The notes beneath the pieces are model-generated. The model had not been told where the DNA came from. It searched no databases and worked only from the letters and a program-made list of their open reading frames with translations. A stretch of DNA of 63,994 nucleotides, filler included, from Sphacelaria rigidula (taxonomy: Eukaryota): assembly GCA_964200075.2 (NCBI GenBank). It is 3 parts of 3 records of this genome, joined end to end, with 100 filler letters (N's around TTAATTAATTAA, not from the genome) between each part and the next. Parts side by side here need not be neighbours in the genome. Positions count along the whole stretch, not along the records: positions 21,564 to 42,995 come from CAXNAA020000422.1; positions 43,096 to 63,994 come from CAXNAA020000481.1; 1 more part is not named here. One strand, written 5' to 3'. This document shows, in pieces, positions 35,966-46,686 of this stretch; position 1 is the first letter of the stretch, and each line of letters starts with the position of its first letter. The translations under genes and the position numbers were made by a program.

Positions 35966-38498
35966 CGAGATCACAAGGCAATCAACGCCGCTGTTCAGCA
36001 GCACAAAGCTGCTCAGTGTGTGCATGCATACAGAAGCGGCAATAGCACACTCTACGGTACATGCAGGGCAGCCGTACAGTTGGATCACTATGCAGTAGAG
36101 TTCATGGCTGCAGACAACGGACAGTACAGCCACCGCTGCTTTGTACGCACATGGGTCATAGCAAAAATCACGGTGTGCGGACGTACCTGTCGTGGTGTGA
36201 AACGCGCCAAACGCTTCCAGAGTCATGACACATGGCTATCGAAGCTGTTCTCGGGAAATGTCACTGCCCGAAGTTCTTGAAAAGTTTTCGCATCATAAAA
36301 AGCGGCCTCGACAAGAGTATCGAAGAAAACGTATGAATATTCCCAGGAATCGATTGGCAGTTTGAAGTGCCAGCCTTACCTAGGAGCCCCACGAAGTATA
36401 GTCGCCGCGGGTTTCAATGGTGTTTTTTCTCGAGGCACGGGTGTTTCATGGTCTCATCACTGAATAACGTGCTTCCAGGTACAGTACGCCATACGCGTAA
36501 TCTTTGGTACGATACGGTACGACACGAGACCAGAGAGTGGCAATACGTTTGTCGTTGTAAATGGGATGCATGATGTTGCGTTTTCGCGGTATGGTACGGT
36601 CCTGGGTTCGCACGTTAGTGTGCAAATCACGGAGAGTGTGAATATACGGTTTTCAATACGAAATATTTGGTGAGCAGAAGGAAGCCCTGCCCCCGGTTTT
36701 ACTATCGTGCTGGAAGAAGCTGCAATTCAAGCCTCACCTCACCCATCGGCCATATACGTCGAGAATATCTATTTCTATACCGTGAAACGTGTTGCGACAT
36801 TTGTGACGTGGTGCTGGCGTCTTCTGGTTTCTTGATCTGCTTTTCGAGGCCCTTATTTACGCGTTAATTTTTCCCTCATCGCATGTTGACGCTTGTCCCC
36901 TCTCCCTCCGTTAAAACCTCAGTGTGTGTGTTGTTCAAAGCAGCTTCACCGATGATGCTGTATTGTCGATTGCTGCTCGTGACTTGATGTGGAGATCGCT
37001 TCGTTCTCTCTTTTTGAAAACGACACTGTCACGTTCTGGTCCTGCAGTCATTCTCGGGGCATCTTTCATCGCCCTAAGCGTTACTTCAGCTGGAGGTCAG
37101 CTGAGGGGCCTGACGGATGCTTGCGTTTCCGTCATGTTTCTTGCAAAGTTCTCCCTCGATATATTTTCGCCACGCCCGAATATTGTCATCCCTGAAGGTG
37201 AAGAGACGGTCATGGCTTTCGTGCTTGCGGATCCACAAGTCACAATCGTGACTCCCGAGCAGTCCCGATGCCAAGTACACCAACCTCGGTGTTTCTCCAC
37301 TGCGCCACATGGAAAATCGTCCCACAAGACATAGCTACTCAAGTCCCTGTAGCCCCACGGCGTTACACGCTCACCGTCCGCACGGCCCGCATATAACCCC
37401 TGTATGGTGTCATCTCAATGTCTCGAGCCGTAAATCGCCGCTTGATACGAGTAGATAACCCCTGTCTAGTGCCATGCCAATATCGTGAGCCGTGAAGCAT
37501 CGCTTGGTGGGAGTATGAGTATGTCCAAGCGTCTTTTTTCCGCATCCAGGTGTTCTTGCGTAATGCTCACGAGCCCAACACTCTACTAGCTCATTTGAGT
37601 TTAGTCCGCCCAGTCAAGGAGGTATGGGCATCAGTGTTTGCACTCTCCAGGAAAGAGCGCAGCAGCAGAGTGATATATATTCGAGAAGCATCTATTTCCA
37701 CAAGTCACTGCCCTTCGATGCTCTGCATCTTTTCAATACAGGTGGCGTCAGGGGCTACTGATGTAGGCACAGTTTCCTGCTGTCATGCAGCCTGGCGAGT
37801 GCCGTTTAGCGGGTTCAGTATTATCATGCATAATCCCCCTGTCAGTACCCACCGTCATCGCACCCAGTGTGAGCACCTTTTCCTACCAACACAAGGAACC
37901 GGTACATTCCCCAGCAGCATCTAATAGTACGCGGAGCACGTAATGAATCTGTCATATATGTGGATTGTCGGTGCCTGTCAGTTTCTGCTCGCAGGTCACA
38001 GTCGCAATAACTGAGCTACCCAGGTAATATAACGCCCGATGCGAGGCGCACAAGGCAGAGTGGTCGTTGTCTCGTCGTGTGTTGGGCATTTGTTTTGGCG
38101 AGAGAAACCATACTAGCGACGTCAACACGATAGATTTATGTGCATGTTGAGAGGTGAACACCCCTCGCTTTGTCGTCCCGTCCTGCAACAGAAACATCGG
38201 CACTGTGGTCCTTAGCGAGAAGGCTCTCGTCCCCCCCAGAGCGACCGTGCTCTTGTAGCTCTCCTTGTCTGCTGACTCCACGGGCGAGTCTTGTGCCCGT
38301 TCCAGTATTATGATGAAACATCACCTACATTTCACACAGGCACATGCTGCCGTCTTTGCTTGTTGATTGGTGCAGACCCCTGCTGTGAGGGTGAGCGGGT
38401 GTTACGTGAACAGCGGAGAGGGATACTCCAATCATCCATCGTCCGGTGCATCTGGTGACTGAGTAGTAGAGGTTTGTGCCAACTACTCAAAGGTGGCC

Positions 38499-40470
38499 AT
38501 GGTCAACGTGATGAGAAGGCGGTGCCGTGAGGTTGACTGCCCTAAACAGTCGTCGTTCGGTGCACCCAGTGACGGAAAAGCGGAGTTCTGCGCCAGCCAC
38601 TCCAAGACGGGCATGATTAACGTAGTGAGCAAGCGGTGCCGCGAGGTTGGCTGCTCCAAGCAGCCATCGTTCGGTGCAGTCGGTGACAGGAAGGCGGAGT
38701 TCTGCTTCACACACGCCAGGGCGAACATGGTCAACGTTAAGGGCAACCGGTGCCGCAAGGAGGGCTGCTCCACATACCCATCATTCGGCGTAGTCGGTGG
38801 CAGGAAACCGGAGTTCTGCTTCACACACGCCCTGGCGGGCATGGTCAACGTCACGAGCTACCGGTGCCGCAAGGAGGGCTGCTCTACACAGGCTTCGTTC
38901 GGTGCAGCCGGTGGCAAGAAGGCGAAGTTCTGCGCTACACACGCCCTGGCGTGTATGGTCAATGTGGTGAGCAAGCAATGCGGCGAAGAAGGCTGCTCCA
39001 AACAACCATCGCACGGTGCAGCCGGTGGCGGTAAGGCAGACTTCTGCGCTACACACGCCCGCGTGGGTATGGTTAATGTAACAAACCGGCGGTGCCGCAA
39101 GGAGGGCTGCTCCAAATACGCATCATTCGGTGGAGCCAGTGGCAAGAAGGCGGAGTTCTGCGCCACGCACGCCCGAGCGGGCATGGTCAATATAGTAAGC
39201 CAGCGATGCAGCGAAAAAGGATGCTCCAAGTTCGCATCATTCGGTGCAGCCAGTGGCAAGAAGGCGGACTTCTGCGCCACACACGCCCGGGCGGGCATGG
39301 TCAATGTACTACGAAAGAGATGCAGCGTAGAGGGCTGCTCCAAGTACGCATCGTCCCGTGCAGCCGGTGACAAGAAGACAGGGTTGTGCGCCACACACGC
39401 CCGGATAGTGCTGGTCAGTTCACACGCCCCGGTGGCAATGGTCAATGTAGTAAGCAAGCGGTGTGGCGAAGAAGGCTGCTCCAACCTCGCATCGCACGGT
39501 GCAGCCGGTGGCACGAAGGCAGAGCTTTGCGCATCGCACGCCCGGGAGGGCATGGTTGACGTAATAAGGAAGTGGTGCGGCGAAGAAGGCTGCTCTAAAC
39601 ACCCATCGTTCGGTGCAGCCGTTGGTAGCAAGGCGGAATTCTGCGCCACACATGCCCCGGAGGGTATGGTCGAGGTCGCAAGCAAGCGGTGCGGCCAAAA
39701 GGAATGCTCCAAGTATGCATCGTTCGGTGCAGCCGATGGCATGAAAGTGGAGTTCTGCGCCATACATTCCAGGGCAGCTATGGTCAATGTCGTAAGCAAG
39801 CGGTGTGGTGAAGAGGGCTGCTTCAAGCACCCATCGTTCGCTACAGCCGGTGGCAGGAAAGCGGAGTTCTGCGCCACACATGCCAGGCCGGGTATGGTCA
39901 ATGTCATCAGCAAAAAGCGGTGCTGCGAAGAGGGGTGCTCCAAACACCCATCGTTCGGTGCAGCCGGTAGTGTGAAGGCGGAGTTCTGCGCCACACATGC
40001 CAGGGCGGGTATGGTCAATGTCATCAGCAAGAAGCGGTGCGGCGAAGAGGGATGCTCGAAACACCCATCGTTTGGTGCAGCCGGCGGCGGGAAAGCAGAG
40101 TTCTGCGCCACACACGCAAGGGCGGGCATGGTCAATGTCATCAGCAAGAAGCGGTGCGGTAAAGAGGGATGCTCGAAACACCCATCGTTCGGTGCAGCCG
40201 ATGGCGGGAAAGCGGAGTTCTGCGCCGCACACGCAAGCTCGGGCATGATCAATGTCGTGAGCAAGCGTTGCGGCAAGGTCGGCTACTCCAGACGACTATC
40301 ATCTGGTGCAGCCGGTAGCGGGAAGGATGTCTCCTGCGCCACACACGCCAGGGCGGGTATGATCGATGTCGTGAGCAAGCGGTGCGGCGAGGAGGGCTGC
40401 CCCGAACGCGCATGGCTCGGTGCAGCGGGTGGCGAGGAGGAACTTTGCGGCACACGCACCCGCACAGCCT
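38499..40470 (+). repeat. 114/117-bp coding tandem repeat array (17 units)
   Basis: Unit ATGs at 38499, 38613, 38727, 38841, 38955, 39069, 39183, 39297, 39438, 39552, 39666, 39780, 39894, 40011, 40128, 40245, 40359. Confidence 0.95.
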
Positions 40471-41192
40471 CTGTGTACGGCGAGGAATGTGCCTCGCAGC
40501 GTTGTTCCAAGGAGGTGCAGGAGCACGGGAATTCCTGCCATCATGCTGCACACAACTTGGACACTGCGTCTGATCCAGCAGGACATGCCCGCGGGAAGAA
40601 CCGCCTGGACGGTGACTCAGCCGTGAGAGAGACTTGTGTTGGTATCGATGGACGTGATGAAAGATCCGGCCATCCACCGAAGGCTAGTACCACCACGAGC
40701 GATGGTTGCCGTGAGTCTAATGTTCAGGATAGCTCGCGTGTCGTTCGTGAAGGACGACCGGGTACACGTTCTACGATCACGTCGTCTGCCACCTTCGGAC
40801 CGCCTCCTGGCGCGGCGGCAGATAAGATTTCTCTAAATGGGCTGGTGATGTGCATGAAGATGGAAATGGAGATGACAATTGCGCCAGCTCGAGTTTTTGA
40901 GGGGGTTCTGGCGAGAAGTAGCGGCGCACTGGATACTGCGCGATCTAGCAGTTCGGACAGCATGGGCAGTGACGGATGCAGCAGCACTACTACAAAAAGG
41001 AGCGACGGTAGTAGCATCAGCAGAGGAAGCAGCACGAAGCGGCGACGTCGGACGGCGCAGGTGGAGCCGGTGTTCGATGCAACAGCGGGAAACAGGGTGA
41101 TTTCGGAAAAGGGAGCCATAAAATTAGAATTGGACGTGTCTGCTCCTTCTCGTCACGTGTCCTCACCTTCATCCTGCCGGCCAGAGAGGTAG
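38499..41192 (+). CDS. EsV-1-7 cysteine-rich repeat protein (17 tandem repeats plus Ser-rich tail)
   Basis: Uninterrupted ~897-aa ORF from the first ATG. Repeat consensus MVNVVSKRCGEEGCSKHPSFGAAGGGKAEFCATHARAG (C-x4-C-x16-C-x2-H) matches the EsV-1-7 motif known from brown algae and Ectocarpus siliculosus virus-1. Confidence 0.9.
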   Translation: MVNVMRRRCREVDCPKQSSFGAPSDGKAEFCASHSKTGMINVVSKRCREVGCSKQPSFGAVGDRKAEFCFTHARANMVNVKGNRCRKEGCSTYPSFGVVGGRKPEFCFTHALAGMVNVTSYRCRKEGCSTQASFGAAGGKKAKFCATHALACMVNVVSKQCGEEGCSKQPSHGAAGGGKADFCATHARVGMVNVTNRRCRKEGCSKYASFGGASGKKAEFCATHARAGMVNIVSQRCSEKGCSKFASFGAASGKKADFCATHARAGMVNVLRKRCSVEGCSKYASSRAAGDKKTGLCATHARIVLVSSHAPVAMVNVVSKRCGEEGCSNLASHGAAGGTKAELCASHAREGMVDVIRKWCGEEGCSKHPSFGAAVGSKAEFCATHAPEGMVEVASKRCGQKECSKYASFGAADGMKVEFCAIHSRAAMVNVVSKRCGEEGCFKHPSFATAGGRKAEFCATHARPGMVNVISKKRCCEEGCSKHPSFGAAGSVKAEFCATHARAGMVNVISKKRCGEEGCSKHPSFGAAGGGKAEFCATHARAGMVNVISKKRCGKEGCSKHPSFGAADGGKAEFCAAHASSGMINVVSKRCGKVGYSRRLSSGAAGSGKDVSCATHARAGMIDVVSKRCGEEGCPERAWLGAAGGEEELCGTRTRTASVYGEECASQRCSKEVQEHGNSCHHAAHNLDTASDPAGHARGKNRLDGDSAVRETCVGIDGRDERSGHPPKASTTTSDGCRESNVQDSSRVVREGRPGTRSTITSSATFGPPPGAAADKISLNGLVMCMKMEMEMTIAPARVFEGVLARSSGALDTARSSSSDSMGSDGCSSTTTKRSDGSSISRGSSTKRRRRTAQVEPVFDATAGNRVISEKGAIKLELDVSAPSRHVSSPSSCRPER

Positions 41193-42995
41193 CTTGATCA
41201 AAAAGGTCGTGCACGCCTGTTTCTACGGCTGATATTCGGCATAGTGCTGTTTACAGTAGCAGGCCTAACCCTAACCCTGTGCACAGGTCATGATATCGCA
41301 TGAACTCCGCGATAGATACGAGTTTGGTTGTTCCCATGTCGTGTGTTGCCGCTGTGTTGAGATGTTAAGTGGGGTATGAGGCGGGTGCTTCATCATGTTT
41401 GTAGAGTATGTTTTCTGCGAGACGGTGGTATTTTGCTAGTTAATACTTCGGCTTTCCGAGCTCAATCGGCCCGTTGTTTGTGGTTCCCTGAATTCATTCA
41501 GCAGGTCGCCGTGCAGAAAGGTGCAGTTGTAGCCGTACCTCATACCGCCGCGCCGAAGTGATGTTACTAGTTCGTCTAAAATATGTCAGGGCGGAAGGGT
41601 GACAGTTCGAAGCTCGAGAGTTTCGTATTTTTTTACCGTGTCTAAATCCCGTCTTTATGAGCGTCAGGACATATATTTCTCAAGAGTCGACGCGGTGCGG
41701 CAGTACCGGTCCAATCCGCTGCACCATATCGTGGGCCATTTTCCAGGGGAAAATGGGTTGATTCCGTGACACCGCACACGCGTCCCGAGGGATTAGGGAG
41801 GTCTTGAGTGGGACGAGAAACTTACAGTAAATGCGCGGGTCGTACCATCTCTTCCCTCGCGACATGAATGATTCCGTAGTTGTGCCTAGCGTCAACAGTG
41901 CGCGCCTGCGAGACACACCACCAGCAGTAGATGGTGGACTAGTGAGGTGGTTACGAACTGCGTAGCGGCATGGCGCACGCATATCATGCACGCTTCACGT
42001 ATAATAGGCCAGGGTACTACAAGCGGAGGTGCGATACCCGAGCCTGCCCCTGCAGGCACCTGGGGCGATCTCAAGCTTATGGGTGCCGTCTGGTTGAGAA
42101 ACATCCGCACTGAGATTGAGTTGCTGTACGCAGGCTGGTTCGCGCTCATGACCCCAAGTTCATTCTTCCGCAAAAGGTCACGCCAATTCTTGGTGCGAGA
42201 CTCTGAAGTTCGGCACCCGTATATACGTTTGATAACTTCGAAACCTTCAGCGTATTCGCTTCGCCGGTCATTATCGATACCGTAGAAACCACTTTCGATG
42301 GGCTTTTGTTTGCCGTTAGATTTTTGAGTTGATGGCCGTTACGATAGGTTGAAAGGCCTCGAAACCAAATCAGGCTATGTACCCCCTTTTAGTTGTCCAT
42401 GACGGGCAGTATGGCAGGCTTATGTGCGACGATTTGGTACGTGGTACTTCAAAAGGCTCTCAAGACCTGAGGGAGGACGGCTTCTCCTTCCCCCAGCCAG
42501 GCATTGATAAACGAGGAAATACTTTTGACACGCTGATACAACAGAAATGGGGGCCCGGAGAAGTTTCTTTCCATCAAAATCCGTACTTTTCAATCTGCAA
42601 AGCGTTCCAAACGCATTGTTTTCCAATACGAACGGTAACTTGTCGAGTTCTGTTCCGTACCTGACGCACTGAGTGATGCCGATTCCCGAAAAGCTTGGTG
42701 TTGCTGTTCCATGGTATCCTCGGATCTTTAACCGGACCCGAAGCGACCACCTTCCCTCAGGTTTTGAGAGCCGTTCGAATTGTGTGGATGAGCTTCATAA
42801 AAATGAACTCTCTAGCTTTCACAGATGTTGCGACTTCGGTGCAGCATGTTAACCGTGGCTACCTCTGAGCAGACAGGAGGACGCGCGGTAGAGCAAGGAA
42901 AGGTAGCTATGATCCGGTCTGCCTGCCGTATTGCCGACAGCATCGCGTGAAAGCCACAAGACCCTTGCTGTCGGCGGTTGATGGCGTGGGTCTCG

Positions 42996-43095
42996 NNNNN
43001 NNNNNNNNNNNNNNNNNNNNNNNNNNNNNNNNNNNNNNNTTAATTAATTAANNNNNNNNNNNNNNNNNNNNNNNNNNNNNNNNNNNNNNNNNNNN
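42996..43095. other. Assembly gap / artificial scaffold linker
   Basis: 100 bp of N with central TTAATTAATTAA. Confidence 0.98.
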
Positions 43096-45304
43096 AAGCA
43101 AATACAAGCGCAACGCAAGTGTGGAAGGATGTCTGACACACTTATGGGTCTCGTTTTTCGTGCAATAAAGTACCTCTCCTCCTTTCGTAGGATGACTAAT
43201 TTCAAGGATTTGGTGTAGTTGATACGAAGATTTTAATTCTCCGGGTTTCCCATCCCCAACGTGTAAGATCCCGTGTCAATGCTGGAAAATCTGGGGTGTG
43301 GCAGACTGACCATCTTGATCACAGACATCAAAACGGTAGCTCCCCCCGGGCCTCATTCCTGATGTAACATTCTCGCATGAACAGGCGATCCTCAAATGAC
43401 GTTCAAGTGACATGACTGAATGGCAGGGCACGTGCGAAACAACAGTTACACCAAGGGAAATCATCTTTCCTCGAACAATCTGCAGCAGTTTTGGCAGTTG
43501 TGGCTCGTTGCACCGAACGGATGTGGTGTACACGCGTGTCGATGACGATACCAACCGGGTAGCGGCAGAGAAGAAGCTTCTCGCCCGTGTCTTTGGTGTG
43601 TCCTCGCTCGGCAATTCCCACACGCTCGAGACATCGGCATCATGTCACTAGCATGTACCCGAATTGCAATGTGTCGGCAGGCAGGTTATGGCTGCACAGC
43701 CGCCCAAAGCACGTAGACGTGCTGGGGAATGTAGTCACTTCTCGTCTGTGGGGCTGACGAATGCAGTGATCAAATCCTCTTCGCCTCCCTTTTGTACAGG
43801 ACGCGCCTCTGTGCAAGTCGAAGAAAAGCAGGGCGATGTCCCCGTCACCGCTACTTTCCGCTTCAATACAAGGCAGCAAGGACGGTTGCGGCAATAGGAT
43901 CCAATCACAACTTCACGATCAAAAAGTCGTTAGAAATATGCAGCTCGAGTTTCACGCGCGCTATAATAGTGGGACGCACTATCTTCATTTCGCAGAATGG
44001 CGGTTGAGGGATACTGGACTCCATGTCATTGCACCATCGCCCCGAATTCATTTTTTCACACCATTTTCGGCCATGTGCGCTTTGTCTAGTAGTCGATAGG
44101 TGTAATTATTTTGGGCCACCGTTTTACAGTGTTGACCCAGAAAATCAGCGCCTAGGGCAGATATTCATCACTACCTTTCCAACTTTTTGTCCTTTGTCCG
44201 CATCGCTGGGTGCCAGCAAAATATTTGAACCCTGCTTACTTTCCTATCCTAAGCCTCAAAAAGCGATCAGTATACAACAGAGAGCCCTACTGCAGGATCA
44301 AGGGAAGCACGACAGAGATGAAAAAAGCAGCGTTAAAATCACAGTCGCCCCGCTCCCCGCCTCCGATGTGGAGGTTACTCGAGTCCAGTGTGTCCAGATG
44401 CATCGTGTCCTGCTACGTTGCCCCGAAGATCAGCAGACGAGTTTTTGACATGAACTCCGCCTTCCCATTGCCCTACCGCTTAGTGGTGGCCTCCGTCTCC
44501 ATGGTGCTTGTGGTAAAACTCCTTCATCTTGTGTTCCCTTTCGACCCTGCACGCGCGGAGAAGGGCAGAGAAAGCTCGTCATGATCAAAGTGATCATACT
44601 GTAGTGCACTCCCAGCTCTCTAGTTGAGTATCAGATAAACGCGCTCGGACGGTTTGAAGCATTACAGGTACTGGATATTCTCATGGGGTGAATTTTTCAT
44701 GATGTGAGCTTCTGCAAGTGCCAACATCCTACCAGTGTCCATTTACGCCTACGCAATGCGTCATTCTCCGTATCGATACTTCTCCAGTCGGGACAACAGC
44801 TCGAAAGCCCGAAGGCGGTAGTATGACATCAAATACTCCACTCAAACTTTGAGATACGTTGAGTATGACCTCAAGTATTCTACTCCAGTTTTGTGCAAGT
44901 ACTCTCAGTAACACTCGAGTGTAGGGTATCACTTGGGTATGGCCTCGATCCCCTACTCCGATTTCAAATAGATTGAGGATGGCCCCAAATACTCTACTTA
45001 AATTTTGGGATACAATGAGTACGACCTCACATATTTTACTCAAAAATTGAGTAACAAAAGTATGACTTTTCCAAAATACAGAGTACTGAAGAGCTCGGAG
45101 ATGGTGCCAGTTATGACTGACCATTATCATTATAATGATGAGAATGGTTATGGTGATACGAAAAAATTGGATATTGGTTTCAAACTATTGTTTACCGTTA
45201 CCAGCTACGCATGCTATATACAGCACACAGCAGCAGTCCTGGGCGCATACTTCAGTTCCGTTTTTCTTTCGATAAAAAAATCGAAAGACTAGGTGATGGC
45301 CGGT

Positions 45305-45660
45305 CGCCCCGGTGGCTCAGTTGGTAACCTCGAAACCTCATGACGGTTGGGTCGTGGGTTCAAATCTCCGAGCGATGTGGGATTTTTCTCATGCCCAACA
45401 GTGGAGAGCGACTACGTAGTGGGTACACGAATATGACCCAACGGTCGACGATGGAAAATAGTTACTGAACCCCTCTCGCGATAAATAAGAAAGGCAAGCA
45501 CCGCAGAAGGAAGGTGGGTTACTAAAAACAAATAGAGGGGGAAAAGCTTTTGTGTTGACCTTCCTCCGGTGTGACCCCGGCTGGTGCGCCCACATATACC
45601 GAAAGGTGTAGACCTGTGTCCAGAATAGATTGGACGGCAACACACACAACTCACACACAG
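45305..45660 (+). mobile_element. tRNA-derived SINE with (AC)n-type tail
   Basis: A box ggtggctcagttggt and B box gggttcaaatct, ~280-bp body, tail caacacacacaactcacacaca. Confidence 0.7.
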
Positions 45661-46686
45661 ATAAAAGAGAGTGTCCTATTTTCTTTTGATGAAAGTAATA
45701 AAATGGGCCATTTCTTTATTTTCCAATTGAAACTCCAAGCCAAGTGCGTTGTGGTTTCGCCTTGAAAATTGGCCCAAATTCAACGTACTTTTTAGCTCTT
45801 GTGAAGCCAAATCGCGGGGAAACGTACTTCCAGCACGACGCCCCCAGCGGGGCCCCTTTTGCCGGGGGGAACTTTTTCGCTTGCGGCTGCACCGCGAGAT
45901 TATCAAACCATCATGTACCACTGAACTGGGTAACGGTTGCGCTGCGCGTAACCATTATCCAGTCAAATGGTTGGACAAACCATTTCCGAGCACTAGATTA
46001 TCAAGTATACTCTACTCGGCCTACCCTTGCAACTCAGCCAATGGCCCGTGAACGAAGCAGTTAATTGTCAAAGACGGGGCTGTTGCCGTTCCGAGATTGT
46101 CACCGGTGTAGTATCTCGCGTTCAAGACATGTGTGCTACATCTTGTTGCGTCGGCAGTCAATCAAGGTGCACCTTGCCGTGGGTTTTGCATCTTGTTTTT
46201 TTTCTTCATACATCGTCCTACAAAGTGTCGGCACTAAATTCAACAACACGAACCAATTGTCCTCCATTTTGTAAATTTCCCGGCCTGAGCCGGACGTCCA
46301 ATCTTCACAGCGTCACCTTGAATATTTCATGTGCTGCTGTGTGGGTGCATCTCTGCTCTCATGTTCCAATCGAGTTCTCAATCGCAGAATTAATTTCAGA
46401 TGCTCAAAACATTACGCATAGATTCTGCATGCTGTTTCTCATGCATCCTACTACAGGCACAGTCTTGAGGGGGACGACGGCAAATTATCCCGCCTCCAGG
46501 AGTGCTTCCAGAGACCCCCCCTGAAGAGAAGCAGGGCTCGAGGCTCTACTCTTTGCAGCTGGTGCTCGCGACAGTTGCCTGTAGGAGCAGTCACCGACAC
46601 TTCAGCAGACAGGCGCAGCAATATAGAACAATTGAATGACCCCAACATTCTGGGGAGATAAAAAGTGTACCCCACACGTCATACAG

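Noticed and set aside
38460-38462. In-frame TGA as possible selenocysteine
   Set aside because: It aligns to a Gly/Arg/Lys loop position, not a Cys, in an otherwise decayed unit.
38858-40276. 472-aa and 270-aa antisense ORFs over the EsV-1-7 array
   Set aside because: Shadow frames of a GC-rich coding repeat; the conserved C/C/C/H pattern is on the + strand.
41264-41278. CCTAACCCTAACCCT telomere-like motif
   Set aside because: Only ~2.5 units; too short to imply a chromosome end or healing site.
41700-44600. Short ORFs either side of the second gap, and ORFs 36924-37334 and 50674-51156
   Set aside because: No recognisable motifs or consistent splice pattern; probably decayed TE or non-coding.
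45305-45380. Functional tRNA gene
   Set aside because: A and B boxes are present but acceptor and anticodon stems are not intact, and it continues into a SINE body with an AC tail.
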